Shown here piece after piece: positions 22,351 through 37,125 of a stretch of DNA of 64,000 nt. The notes under the pieces were generated by a model. That model had not been told where the DNA came from. It made no database searches and worked only from the letters and a program-made list of their open reading frames with translations. The DNA lies in the NCBI RefSeq assembly GCF_011386835.1, contig NC_088803.1:44950001-45014000 (forward strand), given 5' to 3'. Position 1 is the stretch's first letter. Each line of letters opens with the position of its first letter. The translations under genes were made by a program, and so were the position numbers. The DNA comes from Chrysemys picta bellii (Eukaryota).

Positions 22351-23961
22351 GTATGTGCAATATGTTGTTAATAATATAAATAGGACATTATGGGGATACT
22401 GTGAAGGTTGACAGATCCAGAATCCCAAACACAGGGTTTCCCTTAAATATATTGTTTTTGTTTGTTTGCTTGTTTTTAAAAGCATCCCTACATAAAGCAA
22501 AAAAGTATTCACTCAACACAGAATTGCTACAATAGTGTTAGAGGGAGACAGATTATACACAATACATTTTTTTTAAGTTTGTGTCTGGGATAGTAATAAG
22601 AACTTAAAGTGTTAAAACTGAATTTTTCAAATCTGATTCACTCTTCACTATTAATTCTGATTTACTATATGCATTTAATTCAATTAAAACAAATTAGTCA
22701 ATTTCACTTTTCAGCCTTCTTCAGCTAGTGCAATACTGCAATGATTGGGTTCCCCAAAATGCCTGGGAATGTTAAAATACAACAAAACAAACAAACAAAA
22801 TACAGAACACTTTGCACTGGAATTTAAAACAAAATATTTAATGGAATCATTTTTATTGTACCTTCAGATTTTGTAAAACTGGTTTATACAAAACCTAAGT
22901 TTTAGAAACATATACAAATGCCAGTGGGTCTTTAAAATCCCAGCTGCCAAGCTAAGCAACGCATCCTATTCAAAACAAGTTTTTCAAAATCTTGGCAGAA
23001 TTTGTCTTTTTAATGTCAAGAAGTCAAATAATTAGAAAATAGTGTGCAAAATGTTGCAATTAACACCTAAAATTACAAAGATTGGAAGAGATAAGCGGAT
23101 ACAAAATTCTGTTTTTCTCAGTTAACTTTTTGCATTTGACAACCCTTTGTATATAGTCAGTGTCCATGTTTCCTCTGTTGTGTGTAGGTTCCTGTTCTCA
23201 CAGCAACGTGGAAGAGAAAAACCTTTTTTTTAAATTGGAAAGTATGCCAATAAAGCCATAGTCAAAATATAACATACTGGGGAATAAGTAACATTCTTAA
23301 TGTTTTTAGTCACAGAAAGTTAGGGTATTACAATTAAGGAAAGGTTTAGAGGGTTATTGAAAATCAAGATACAGGAGTTTTACCTTGGAACTGTTCCAGG
23401 TTCACAAAAGGGATGAGCCATAGATATTTTGTATCTGAAAAAGTTTAATAAATTCCCAATTGTTTTTTGTCTGTATTTGAAATGCAGCAACTTGTTCTAG
23501 TGCTATTGGAAACTTTGAGTGTGTAAGCAGCATGTAATAAAGAATTGCGGTTACTATTGAAAATGGTAGTAATTTTGTATGAATTTAGGAATTCAGCAAC
23601 TAACACCAGAACTGTGTTAAAATTTAAAAGAAGATAAATAGCAAAATAAGGAAATTCCATTTCTTCATAACAATTTTGGAGGAAACAAATCAGTTTGTTG
23701 ACTCTTTCCCGAACTGAATGTGCAAGATAGGTGTGCAATTGCATATTTCGAGTTTTTCCAACCCGAGTTTTCCCAGATTCAGCAAATGCACATTACTCCT
23801 TAGCTAATGGGAATGATTAGACACTGGCTTCTTTAGAACATCTTTTTTTGTATTTGTGGGCAGTTATGATGTCTCTCCACTATGTCATTTGTCCTATGGC
23901 CTTTCTACATCTGTCAATATTTGGCAGCGTTCTTATTAACGACTTTTTACATGTGGCCTGA

Positions 23962-25083
<1,122 letters not shown>

Positions 25084-27151
25084 TATCAGAACACTATACA
25101 AGAACACTTATTGAATGTACGTCCTCTATAAAAAAAAAAAGCAGTAATACTCACCTACGTATCTGAAGGGAGAACTCTTAAAAGTATCTACTTTTTTCTA
25201 TATTAAACCAAAGCATATCCAATGTATATACGAGTATGAAGTATAGTGACGCTGAAATTAACACCCATGGTACCTTTTCCTCATAAACAATGTCTGGTAC
25301 AGCAAACCCCACAAAAATAACAACCATGAGGGCAAGTTGTACTGTGTCAGCCATCTTCACAATTTACTAGCTTTTAGAATGGTATAGTCAGATTCTGAAT
25401 GTAGCAGTGTGTTGTGTGTGACAAAAGTCATGACAATGAGTGTTGGTGTAATATGCTCTAAACTGTCATAACAATTATTTATTCTCAGGTAAATGCAGAT
25501 TTAGGTTTTTCATTTGGGAATTTGTGATTTTTAGAAGCATACATGTGTATTTACCCATCAGGTTATAACAGTATGTACCTATTTTGTTCTGCACTCCAAT
25601 CATCAAGTTGAATCAGTATCTGTTAAGGAGTGTAGAAAAAAGTTTTAAGGTACCTTCTAAAGCTTTTCTTAACAGACTGAAAGAGTATTAACCAATAGAA
25701 TCACTTTCTTTTTGTTTTATATTATGGAAGATTTTTTTGTATTCACAATGTTTTTATATTTCATCTTCAATTAAATATTTAGGCTGGTTTATATTAGCTC
25801 AGTTTTGTGAACTTTATCTAGAAGTTTATTTTGGTGCCCTCCCTCTCCCTTTATATAGGGTATTTATAACTTTCCCTCTTATTGTTTCATACAGTGAACT
25901 AAATAGAATGGTTTGCAGCTAGTTTGAGATGTAATCCCAATGTTACAATTCAGTTTACAAAATTTAGGAAAGTTAAAAACAACAATACATCTCACTCAAA
26001 GACAGATCCTGTTGCTAGCCATTGTGGTGGTGTTATCCATTCAACACTATAATATAGCAATTATTACTGTGGTGTTTTGATGTTTCCTGAATCATTCCCT
26101 CACTTTAAACGAATATGTAACAGTTTACTCAAATAATTTCTAACTACTTTACAAAACTTTTTTGAAAATATTTTTCCTTGTCTATCAAATGTGCTTCATT
26201 AAAAGTTAAATCTCATACAAAACAAGTGTTTATGTTCCAGACAAATTTGAGCTTTTTTAAGTTATGCATTATTTAAAATAAAAAGAAAAGACAAAATTGT
26301 TAGGTCATTTATTTCCCATCCTTTCAAGCTCTAACTTTGCCACTTGCTTGGAGATGAAATAATTAACCTTTTCTAGGGTAGAACCTTAAAAGATGAATGC
26401 AAGTCCCATTAATATGCAATTCCACTTAACACATGGACACTTTAAAATCTTACAGACACTGGATATTAGAATCAACTATAGAATCATAGTTCAGTTGTGT
26501 ATGTTCTGAAAGTATTTTTAAAAATGTGATTTCATCTATCTTTTTATGGGCTGTACCAACGCAACTGACTACATTCTCTTCCAGTGAGAGGTGAATGGCA
26601 AGGTGACTTAAATAAGTCTTGCTATGCAAATGGGTTATGACTACATATGTAGATTTCTCAATCCCCACTATGATGGATAAAAGAGACATTTATTTTTCTC
26701 AGCCCAAACCACAAAACTTGGTTACTACTTATCTGGGAAATAAGGCAATTGAGCCAGTTATCTGTGGAAAAGCCAGGTCTGACCTATTTATAAGAGTCTC
26801 TTGCGTCAAATGCAGACAACATAGTCCACAGCATTCCCTCTGTTAGAAAAGGGTCATTAAAAACAAAAGGTGAGATTTTCAAATGAGCCTGATTTAGGTG
26901 CACAAGTCTCAATGACTTGGGAGGAATCGCAACTTTAACCCAGTTTGATCAGTACATTGAACACAGTGTGTCTTGTCTACATTAGGCTTTTCAAACATGT
27001 TAGCTAGCACATATTAGCAAACATCACACATTTACATCCTAAGCTAGAAAAGGTTTTAGGCTGTTTGGAAAATCCCAGCCAAAGTGTTTCTCTCTGAGCA
27101 CTAAACTTTATCACTCATACTCACTCCCAACTCAGAAACCCAATCTGTAGC

Positions 27152-27346
27152 TTTCAGAGTAGCAGCCGTGTTAGTCTGTATCCGCAAAAAGAACAGGAGT
27201 ACTTGTGGCACCTTAGAGACTAACAAATTTATTAGAGCATAAGCTTTCATGGACTACACGAAAAAGTGGGCTGTAGTCCACGAAAGCTTATGCTCTAATA
27301 AATTTGTTAGTCTCTAAGGTGCCACAAGTACTCCTGTTCTTTTTGC
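27152..27346. mobile_element. Palindromic Penelope-like retroelement remnant
   Basis: 75-bp inverted arms (27184-27258 / 27272-27346) with one mismatch and a 13-nt loop; flanked by caatctgtagc / caatttgtagc (putative TSD, 10 of 11). Family assignment is from recalled consensus, not a search. Confidence 0.7.
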
Positions 27347-29029
27347 CAATTTGTAGCATTACTCTTCTGAATCACAGCTTAGGTTATACTGAAAGACTCC
27401 AAGGAACAGATTCTCCTGCAGTAGTTCATTTGTGCAACGACCTCCTCTGTCACATCTAGAGCTCTACTCTTTGGCCTTCTGTTTTGAGAAATGGAACTTG
27501 AACTTTGTCTAGATAACTGTATTACAAGCCAAGCAGCACTCTGAAGTTTATACATGCCTTTAAGGTAACGTTTTCTTCTGTAAAAAATTCAAATACAAGG
27601 AGCCGAGAACATTAAAAACTTGTTTGAGATTTGTTTATTGTCCAGATCAAAATGCTTGACACTTCAGTTGCATTAGTCTGGTCATACAAGTGAACACACC
27701 CAGTGACCCAGCTATTCTGTATAACTAAACTTGGACAATATTACATAGCTCACATATTCTGTTGCTGAATGATTAACTTTGAAAGGACTCCTGTAGCAAA
27801 GAGATAAGTAACAAGTTAGGAGTATGAAAGCCTCAATGACACTGTAAATTCTTTTTAAAGATGCTGCCATTTCATGAAAACTAGTTATTCGACTTAGTGA
27901 CAATACTGCATATGCTATTTCCATTTTCCTATCATTATATGCAAACAGGAATAGCTGAATGAAGTCAGAATCTTAGATGGCTTGTATATACTTCATCTGA
28001 ATTAAGATAGGCTAGCAAAGTTGTGGGCCATACAGTCCGCAGTAGTTGGGAGAGCCACATTCTAACTGTGAGACCTCTTTGCTGTTTGCTATTTCCCCTC
28101 TACTCCCATACCGCTCTATTTTTGGTGAACATATTTGGGTATCCTATCCTTTGACCTACAGTAATGACAATAGTAACACTTTGTCAATTTACAAGAAATG
28201 ACCCATAGAATTGGTTGTGGTGTATACCCCAACTTCCTGTTATTCTGCCCACACAATAATGTGTGAGTGCTGACGAACATTTAAGTGTTAAAGATAGGAT
28301 CAGAGCATTAGATGTTATTACATTTATATACATTACTTGTATCTTTAGAAGCTACACAACTAGACACTGGGGGAAGGGATATTAATCAAATGGTACCAAA
28401 CAAACCCTCGGGCACTGTACTTAGTACTGGGGTTGTCAGAGTTGTGATTTCAGTAACAAAAAAACCACGAGATGCACTTTATTAGTCAAAAGTATGTTTT
28501 GTCACCTTCTACTGGAACACTATGGTTCTTATTGTTTCCTGTAACTACAATGAAAAGGTTGGCTGATAGATGGTAGGGCCACTCAACCACTATGGAAACC
28601 TCCTCCCCATAGCCTCTTTCTAACTGCCCCATAAAACATACCAACCTTGAAGAAAGATTCAGCAAGTGTGGCAAAAAAATACCATGTACAAGATATCCAT
28701 AATTTTCCAGTGTTTGAGTAGAGTTTAACTGTGATTGTTGCTTAAATTTCAAGGAAAAAAAAAAAGGGTGAGATTTTAAAAAGCAAGCGCGGGTCTTAGA
28801 AGCACAAGTCCCAGTGTACCTAAATAGTCACTTAGGCTCTTTTGAAAATCCCAGGCAAAACTTTTACAATGTTATTTCAAAGTGGACTTTTATCAGCAAA
28901 GATAGTTTATGGATTCCCTCAATTTTGACTAATTTCCCCTGGGTCAGATTGGCAGAGACCCTGGGGTTTTTTTTGCCTTCCTCTGCAACATGGGACACAG
29001 CTCACTTGCATATTTAAACTAGTATAAAG

Positions 29030-29196
29030 GGTGGATTCTCTAACTTGAAGTCTTTAAATCATGATGTGAGGACTTCAGTAACTCAGCCAGAGGTTGTGGG
29101 TCTATTACAGGAGTGGGTGAGGCTCTATGGCCTGCAGTGTGCAGGTCAGACTATCACTAGATGATGATGAGCCCTTGTGACCTCAAAGTCTATGAG
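29030..29196 (+). mobile_element. CR1 LINE 3' end fragment
   Basis: ggattctc...acttgaagtctttaaatc...caggtcagacta...gatgat...ccctt...aaagtctatga resembles reptile CR1 3' UTRs. Confidence 0.65.
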
Positions 29197-30384
29197 CTTG
29201 AATCGTTTCCACATTGCAATTATTTTTTTAAAATATTCAATTTGGTAAAATTCTTGTGTTTTCAAGAGCATGCCTGGAATTTTTCTTTTTTTCTTTTTAA
29301 GTAGTACTAGAATTTTCTGCTTCCTTGCAGATGTTTTTAAGGGACTTTTCAGCAAGGAACAGTTCTTAGGGCCACACACATTACCTCAATCCTGACCTCA
29401 GTTGCTGAACAACCTGGGAAGTAGATATCTATGGAGCAAAAGGGGCTTCCTTGGAGTTTGCAGAGAAAAGGCCCCTTTCCCTGCCCCCTTGCTCTGTGCA
29501 GGCATTCTGGGAAAGAGGACACCCTGCTGGTGCCAAACTCAGAAACAGTAATGGTGTTACTGCTACTTATGAACACCCTTTAGGACAATCCAGAGAAACA
29601 GGAGAGCTCCCTTCAGACCAAGGTATGAGAGTATTGTTCAACATATGAAATTCCTTCAGAGGAAGCTAAAGTACCCTAATGGAATAGTTTCCATTTCTTT
29701 CCATACACAGCTATGACACTTGTCAATAGAAGACTGTAACAGGTGTTAAGTTGAAGTAAGCTATAATCTTCAGAGGGAAATTTGGTCTTTAGCTATCACA
29801 TTTTAGAACTGTTAATCTGTCCAAAAATTTACCATTTTTTGAATGTAGAAGTTTAATGCTTGCAGTGAATTGGGAACATCAACTCCTAAAGGTAACCTGT
29901 GAAGAACCTGGATTTGTGCCTTTATTTCCCCCCCCCCCTTTTTTTTTTTTTTTTACACTTTCAAAATACCAGGAATGTCAACTTTGGTATCCCTGCGTTT
30001 TGGTAGTAGACTTGTTGGGAGTGAAGGGGTATCACAGAACAAGTTTATTGTGAGCGCCTCAAAGGAGATAGACGGCTTTTTGTAAAGATTGAATACCAGT
30101 CTCCAAGATGTTCATTAGTCACGGAAGGCAAGTAGTTGAGTAGTCTGACTTAAAAAAACAAAAAAAAAAAACACCAACAATTCTTCCCCTCTCAGCTTGT
30201 ATTAAACTCCTCAAATTCACCATTTTACTCTTTTGCAGTAACTATAGAATTTCCAATATAAAAGCCACTCAAATTTCCTTTAAGAAAGTCTAACGATTTG
30301 TCTCTCTCACAAAAGAGAAAGTAAATGCCCCTACCAAAGATAGTAACTCATGCTTTCAAAGAGAAACCACAATAGCAGCTATGG

Positions 30385-30574
30385 TCATGGTGAACTAGAA
30401 GCTCAGTTTATTAGCATGTTGACTTACACATGCAGACAGATTTTATAGCTAACACGAAGAGACTACATTGCACATCTTCAGACCCATGACCTTGTCTTCA
30501 CTTGATATTTTGTCCATACAGTTCATCACAGGAACAATCCTATGAGAGATTTAAAGAATGTAATAAGTCATTTG
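30385..30574 (-). other. ATP5F1E: Probable non-coding last exon (3' UTR) of ATP5F1E
   Basis: Acceptor tcctgtctccttacag| ending at 30575; AATAAA on - at 30407-30412; segments resemble the human 3' UTR as recalled (tgaagatgtg, aataaa...gttcac). 3' end approximate. Confidence 0.55.
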
Positions 30575-30819
30575 CTGTAAGGAGACAGGATGTTAGCTTT
30601 TGCAGTGTGTTTCTAAACAAAAGTAGTATTTATTCATAATGGGGGTGGGAAAAGAGTTGTCTCAGTTCAAGTGCAAAGGTTCTGCCCTGTATGTTTAGAA
30701 CTGCTAAGCCTCCTCACCCAGTGGTCATCCTTGTGGTAGAGAAAGACTAGACCGAAGGGCCCCTGAGAAATTAATTACTTCGGGCTACATTCACAAAGGG
30801 ACAGCAATTTTGGGGGCTG

Positions 30820-31130
30820 GCTGGTAAATCCTCTCACCTGGGAGGTGAGATCCAGGTTTGAATCCCTGATCTGGAGCAGGGACTTGAACATGACTCTCCC
30901 ACATCCCATTAAATGCCCTAACCACTGAATTAGAGAGAGTTACTTTCTCTCTCACTAGCTCAATGAACAATGATTTATTCAACATGGAACAGCTTCAACA
31001 TAAAGAGACCCACCCATGAATATCTGACAGCTGAGTGGTTAGGACACTCCTGTTCAAATTCCACTCCAATTCAGGAATTCAAACTAGGAGCTCCCACCTC
31101 CCAAGTGAGTGCCCCGATTTGTAAATCTAG
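30820..31130. mobile_element. Degenerate tRNA-head SINE-like repeats
   Basis: ggtttgaatccctg / gacttgaac / gccctaaccactga and gagtggttaggacactc motifs occur in both orientations; similar motifs recur at 43600-43900. Confidence 0.45.
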
Positions 31131-32206
31131 CCCTGTGTGTTCAGGGGACAGAAAAACACTAAGAAGACTGAAGTTATTTACTTTGTCAACATTTGTAACA
31201 GATGATCCTAGTTCAGTTTGTATTTCAGTTTTTACCTTTATCTGCAAATTTTTAGATAATATTGCTCCAACTTCTTGAAGAGTGACACTATGCAGACATG
31301 GTTTCTATCAACAAATACAATGGGAGTTTTGGCCAGGATGCTGAAGAAAAACATGGCACCTTTACTGAGAAAGATCGATATCTCCACTAGACTGCAGTTC
31401 TAGTTACATGACTTCATATAGTCTTTGGTCTGTTTTGACTAGCCAGGCTAAACCAACAGGTACACACTAGATTTCTCATCCACAGTCATTCCAGTCCATA
31501 GATATCTGGAAAGACTCCTCTTTAATTGCTTGCAGTGTACATTTCCTTACAAGTGAAGGGACAAATAGTATCCACCTTTCACAAGCACAAAACATTTGCT
31601 CAACAGAAAAACAATGTAGATGAGATTAAGTTGCTTATTAACCATCTGGGGAAGAGTTATTTAGGAATGAACTTTGGCTCTGTGTGCTAGGTTGGGTGAT
31701 GGGGTGGGGTGGGGTGCACAGTTCAGGGACCAAATCAATCGCTTGGTCTTGTTCAAATGAAGTGGAGGAACTCAAAAAAACAAAAAACAAACAAAACAAA
31801 AAAAAGACAGCTATTCAAGCTAAAAGCTTTTAAGCCGCCTGTAACAGTTTGACCCAACCAGACACATATAGAGCTCAAAGTCCACACAACCTAAGCTCTT
31901 GTTTGAAGGCTGAGAGGATCTCATTTTACTGAGCTGAAATTAAATAGTTTCTTCCTATCCCTGAGCCAACCGATAGTCCGAGAAATCTACACTCAACATG
32001 CTACTTAATAGCCTATGCAACTAGTCTTATGCACCAAGATCTGGGCTACACCTTCCGCACAGTGTACAAACTACCTGCAGGTTTGAGATTGTTGTTAACC
32101 TGAAAGGTAATATGAGAGGATTCCTCAATATCACTCACCGTTAGAAGAAGTTAAGAACCTATAATAAAGGATCCAAAAAACCCTTCCCATACTATTTACT
32201 TACATC

Positions 32207-32330
32207 TTACTCCTTTTTAGGCTTCACTATTTTTATAGTGGCCCCAGCAGCTTTTTCTGCCTCAGCTTTGTATTGTGGTTTCATCGCTGCTCTGACAGCA
32301 TTGGCACAGATCTGGGAATAGCGAATGTAG
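32207..32330 (-). CDS. ATP5F1E: ATP synthase F1 subunit epsilon exon 2
   Basis: (S)[40 protein letters not shown] then TAA; the exon continues 3 nt (to 32204) before donor gtaagt. Confidence 0.97.
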
Positions 32331-32479
32331 CTGAAAAGAGGAAATAAACAGGATGAAAAACCAGGTGGGGCCCAAGAATTAACATAATCAGTTCCAGGGA
32401 CTCTAGCTCTACCGGGAGCAGGCGAAGGTGCTGCCAACAACTGCACTGCCATGTTTTTAGGCAGTTCCCTACGTGAGGG

Positions 32480-33560
32480 CCTGCAGCAGAGCACCCTTCC
32501 CAGCGAGGCGCCCTCCTCTGCCTCGTGAGCTAGTCAGTGGGTGTGATCGCACGGGGGAACAGGCTCTCGCCCTTGGCCCCACCAGACCACGGGTGCTGAA
32601 ACTAGGGGCGTGGCAACACCTCCTTGCTTGAGATTGCTTCCATCATCTACAGGGTTTAGTTTCGTTCAATGGCTTCCCGCACCTCACTATAGAATCTGTT
32701 CCAGTGCCACGAGCCGGGGCCGCTCCCCAGCTTGGCAGTGGCCAGGCTGGGCTCCCAACCTCGGCTCCCCAGGGGCCTCCTCCCGGCCGCGCCTGGACCC
32801 CAGGCGGCTACAGCCCAGGGCCACACCGCACACCTTGTCCCGGGCTACAGACCCTCCGTTCAGGGTCACTGAGGCGCCGCTGCCCCACTAGCGTCTGAGG
32901 CGCTTGCGGCCGCTCCCCGGCAGGAGACTGGGGTATGAGGCAGGCGCGGGCTGGCCGCGAGCAGCCGGTACCTGACACCGGCCTGTCTCCAGTACGCCAC
33001 CATGGCTGCGGTTCCGGGGCCTCAGGGAGCAAACAGCCGGGACCCGCCAGCCCCAAGGTCAGCGCGCACCGGAACAGGAAAGGCCAAGGAACTCGCCGGT
33101 AACCAATCAGAAGCCGCCCCATTTCGCCAATCAACGCTTACATCCCCTCAAGGAACTCGGCCAATCGCAGCCAACGAACTGTTCCCACCAATCGCAACCG
33201 GATTCCTCTGTGCCGCCAATCAGAGTGCGGAGTGACCTGGCGCCGCCCCCCCACCCCATTTGCTGCAGGGTTTGGCAGCGCAGCGGTGCGGGGAAGCGGC
33301 GGGTTCGCGCTTATAGGCAACCAGCGGCCACTGTGCCATCGCCCGCCCACCAAGGGTCCATGGCGCGTCCCGAGCCCCTGCAGGCAGCCCCTTGCCTTGG
33401 GGGCTGAAATCTCACCCAGGCCGAGCCAGTCACCGCGGGGTTGCCAAAGCAGCCCGGGGTTTGCACCCAGCGCTAGTCCCGAGTGGGGCACCCCCCAGTC
33501 CCGCTCAATCCACCTCCAGAGCCCTGACTAGGTTGTGGGAGCATGATAACCCCTGCCTGG
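32480..33560. promoter_or_regulatory. CpG island / ATP5F1E promoter with five CCAAT boxes
   Basis: CpG-rich; CCAAT at 33103, 33127, 33161, 33188 and 33216; ETS-like ccggaa/caggaa near 33069-33081. Confidence 0.8.
32972..33003 (-). CDS. ATP5F1E: ATP synthase F1 subunit epsilon exon 1
   Basis: ATG GTG GCG TAC TGG AGA CAG GCC GGT GTC AG|gtaccg = MVAYWRQAGVS; total CDS 156 nt = 51 aa. Confidence 0.97.
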
Positions 33561-36500
33561 CATCGTTAACCTAAACCCCCACCCTTCTGGCTGAAATCTG
33601 CCTCACCTACTGCTGCCCCAGGTGGCACCCAAGATCTGTGTGGCTGAACGAGATGAGAGGAGAACATGCCTCCCTTTCTGTTTCTTGGTGCATTCAAGAA
33701 TGCTTTGGGGGCAGCTCCACTCTTCCTGATCGATAGCCAATTAGCACCTGATTCAGGGTTCCATAGAGACATAAGAGGCCCACCTACAAGGAACAGCACA
33801 GGATCAGGGCCTTGTGAATATCCCCCTGTTGCTTTGTGTGGGTCTTTAACACAGCAACCAGAGAGAGATAAACCACTAAAATTGGGGGAGGGGGTGTAAG
33901 GGGAGGGGAGGTGTGGTATCCAGAACCACTTCCAGAACTCTCTTGAAACTGACTGGGTTTCAAGTTGACTGTGTTCACTGAAGATTATATTTTTATGAAA
34001 ATGTTGTTTAATGTTCAACAATCTGGGGTTGTTGTTAACCCTAGACACCACAGCCCCAATCCTGGCAACTGGCTCTGGACTGGCAGACCTCTGACCTGCA
34101 TAATGTTCTAAACACTAATGGGGTGCTACATGTGTTCAGAGGTCTGTCTAAAGGGAACCAGTTTCAGGATCAGGGCTTTGGTTTTTCATTTCTAAAACCA
34201 CTGCCAATAACTTGCCTGAAAATCACCAAAAGTTAGGACAAAATAAACAGAAAGGAAACCCTAATTATTTTCTACAAGGCTGGAGAACAGTGGATGGTCT
34301 TATTCATCATCACATAATGACATCTTACATTTATATAACACCTTTCAGTAGGTTTTAGGTTACAACTGACTAAAACATAGCTGAAGCAAACATCTGAGAA
34401 TATGCTTTTATAAAATGCACATAATCCATACCAAGATAATCATACTTGAAGAGATGAAAATTGTTAGCAAAGGTGTCTGCAGACCCTAAAATTCTCCCAC
34501 AATCACTGAGACCTCATCCTTGGGAAAGTGAGGCTTTAAAAGGGTCCTCCTTTAGATACAACAAAAGAAAACTGTCTTTTTTATATTTGTATACTCCTGA
34601 AAACTATACCCATAATTTGCCTAAACATAGACATGGAAAAGGAGGGAAAATATATATCACTAACCAGAAACCCAATCTAATCATTTTCTACAGTGGCCTG
34701 AAAATGGTGGGTTACTTTACATATATAACAACAATAATTAAAAAAATGATGGACCCAAGCATGCCCTCCTGCAAATTGAAGGTCAGAAGTTTGAGGATGA
34801 ATCTCTGAGCCTCCCTTATGGAGCCTGAGCCAAAGCTCATGTAAATCAATCGGAGTAATTTCATTTACTTCAATGGGCCTTGGATCAGACCCATTGAATT
34901 GTTCCACTGAGGTATGTGCATGTGAGTCCCCCACCCCAAAAACAAAACAACAAATTATGGATCCTCTTGGATCAACATGGGTGTAAGGGAATCCCTGAAG
35001 ACCTGTGCCATCCATGCAGATGCGCTGTTCTTCCATGGCTATTCTGAGCTTTGCTGCAGTCTGTCTCCATAGAAGCTACACTGCAAAAATTTCCTCAGCA
35101 GAGACTGCCCCTTGGAATGCCTTTAAAGGAAACTTCTCAAATGTGAAGTGGCTCCACTATGACGTGAAGCCTCAAGCAGATTTACTGCTGGTTGCCTTCC
35201 GAGATGGCCTGCTCCCGGTGCAGGAGTCCTGGGAAGGGGCAGAGACGGTGCTGTGGAGGTGGATTTAAACTGGGCATGATCTGAAAACCAGCCTCTTTCT
35301 CTCATCCTTTCAGAGCTGTTGCCAGAAAAGCAGCATTTGAAAGGTCCATGTTGGAAGCAAAGCCTATTTCGTTCCATCAGAGAGAAGCAGGACACCACCA
35401 CTAGGCAAATCCCTCCAGTAAACATATCAATTAACTTATTAGTGTGTCTGTCTCACACACAGAAGCCTCTACATGGCAAAGAACAGGTCATTTCCAAATG
35501 CACTAGAGCTTCCACTTGGTCTAAAAACCATGACAATAAAAAATCCATACATGATAAGAATGACAACATAGCTTCTCCAGAGTCCAAACTTGAGCTTGGT
35601 GGATAACGCTGATGAAAGATGTGAGATTCACAGTCCTAGAGACATCTATTCATGCATAGATACAGTCTGTTACGCAGCATGTACAGCAAAGGCAGTAAAA
35701 GTGAAAATGTGTCCATTTTGCCACACCAGTGTGCCTGAAAACCCTGTAAGTCTGGAAGGGTGAGTTCACTCTCCCTGCACATTCCCTACTTGACTTTTCC
35801 ATTGAGACTGCTAGCAAGGGTTCCAATTAGTGCCACTAGTGATTACTGTACGTGTTTAAGGTGGACACATATATATGGAACGGAACTTGACCAGCTCATT
35901 TCACCTCAGCCACTAATTTGCTGATTTTTAAGGGTCTACTCAACTGCTTGACCTCAAATGCAGCAGTTGAAGTCAAACTTAATTTTTAAAAGCTTTTATA
36001 AAATAAAAACATCTCACAATTTCTCCTATAATAATTCCACAAAAATTATTATAAAAGAAGCCAACAATCTTCTTTGATGTGTTTATTTTCTTGCTTGGTT
36101 TTTTGCAAGTCATTTTTGCTCTCTTACTTATGAGGCATACATGGCATGTTGGAATAGTTTTCCAGCATGTAAAAAGTAACCTATTACTACAGAAATACAA
36201 ATTCTTTCTACTGAACACTCAGCACTTTGGGCACAGCAGCCAGAGGGAGTGTCAATCAGTCAATATAAAACCCAACAAACTGAACCAACAGCCTGAAAGC
36301 ACAGGTAGTATCCGTGACAGAACGAAAAAGAGCAGGATACCAGGAAGCATTGGAATATGCTCACCTCTATTATGTTTGTGACAATCCTGCCAACAAATGA
36401 GGTGTTGCACAGCTAACTGTTCTATTTGCTAAATCCAAGTCATTTTAGTATTGGTGGGAGAGAAGGAAGGGTTATTTTTAAACTAGGGTTGCTTTGATTT

Positions 36501-37125
36501 GTTACAGCTGGTGATTTTATTTGATAAATACCATAGCTCCAAGCAAGGTCATTTGATGCCTCATGTGTTGCCCAAACCACCAAGACAATTTATTAGGATA
36601 TTAGAAGCCCTGGGCACCTTTATCCCACTAAATGTTCCTCTACTTTTCTCTGTCTTCCCCACACCATCCCGTGCCTGTCTTTCTAGCTCTGTCTCTCCCT
36701 CTTCCTCTTTGGTCTTTCTTTTTTTCATCCTGCTTTGCGCTTTTGTCCATGTCTTTCCTCTCACTGTACATCAGTGTGACATACTACCTGCCTCGACTTG
36801 TGCACACTTTGCTCAAGTTTTGCAGACATGCAAACTGAGTGCAATTATTTGATCATTTAGCCCTTGTGTCATCTGTTGATCTTGGGTAGAAGATGAAAAT
36901 TCAATATGAGCTTTTAAAAAGAGGCAGGGCTCTGAGAGAGGTAGCAGGCTGAGACAGAATGAGGCTTAGTGTATGCACATAAAAGCAGAGCTCTACAAAA
37001 ACTCTATAACATAGATGACTGACTTTTCTGCAGCCATAAACAAGGCACCACTACAGATCTGTACAAACTGTTTTCATACCCAGGGTTGAGTACAATTTAT
37101 AGAACTCTCCCAAACAGGAACTAAT

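Noticed and set aside
25178-25360. 60-aa hydrophobic - strand ORF antisense to the TUBB1 3' UTR
   Set aside because: AT-rich sequence readily gives hydrophobic ORFs; no splice, promoter or homology support.
34677-36852. Several 65-120 aa ORFs on both strands downstream of the repeat exon, including a TM-like stretch at 36499-36852
   Set aside because: No consistent phase chain; frequent stops after candidate acceptors; the TM-like stretch derives from a CT-rich low-complexity tract.
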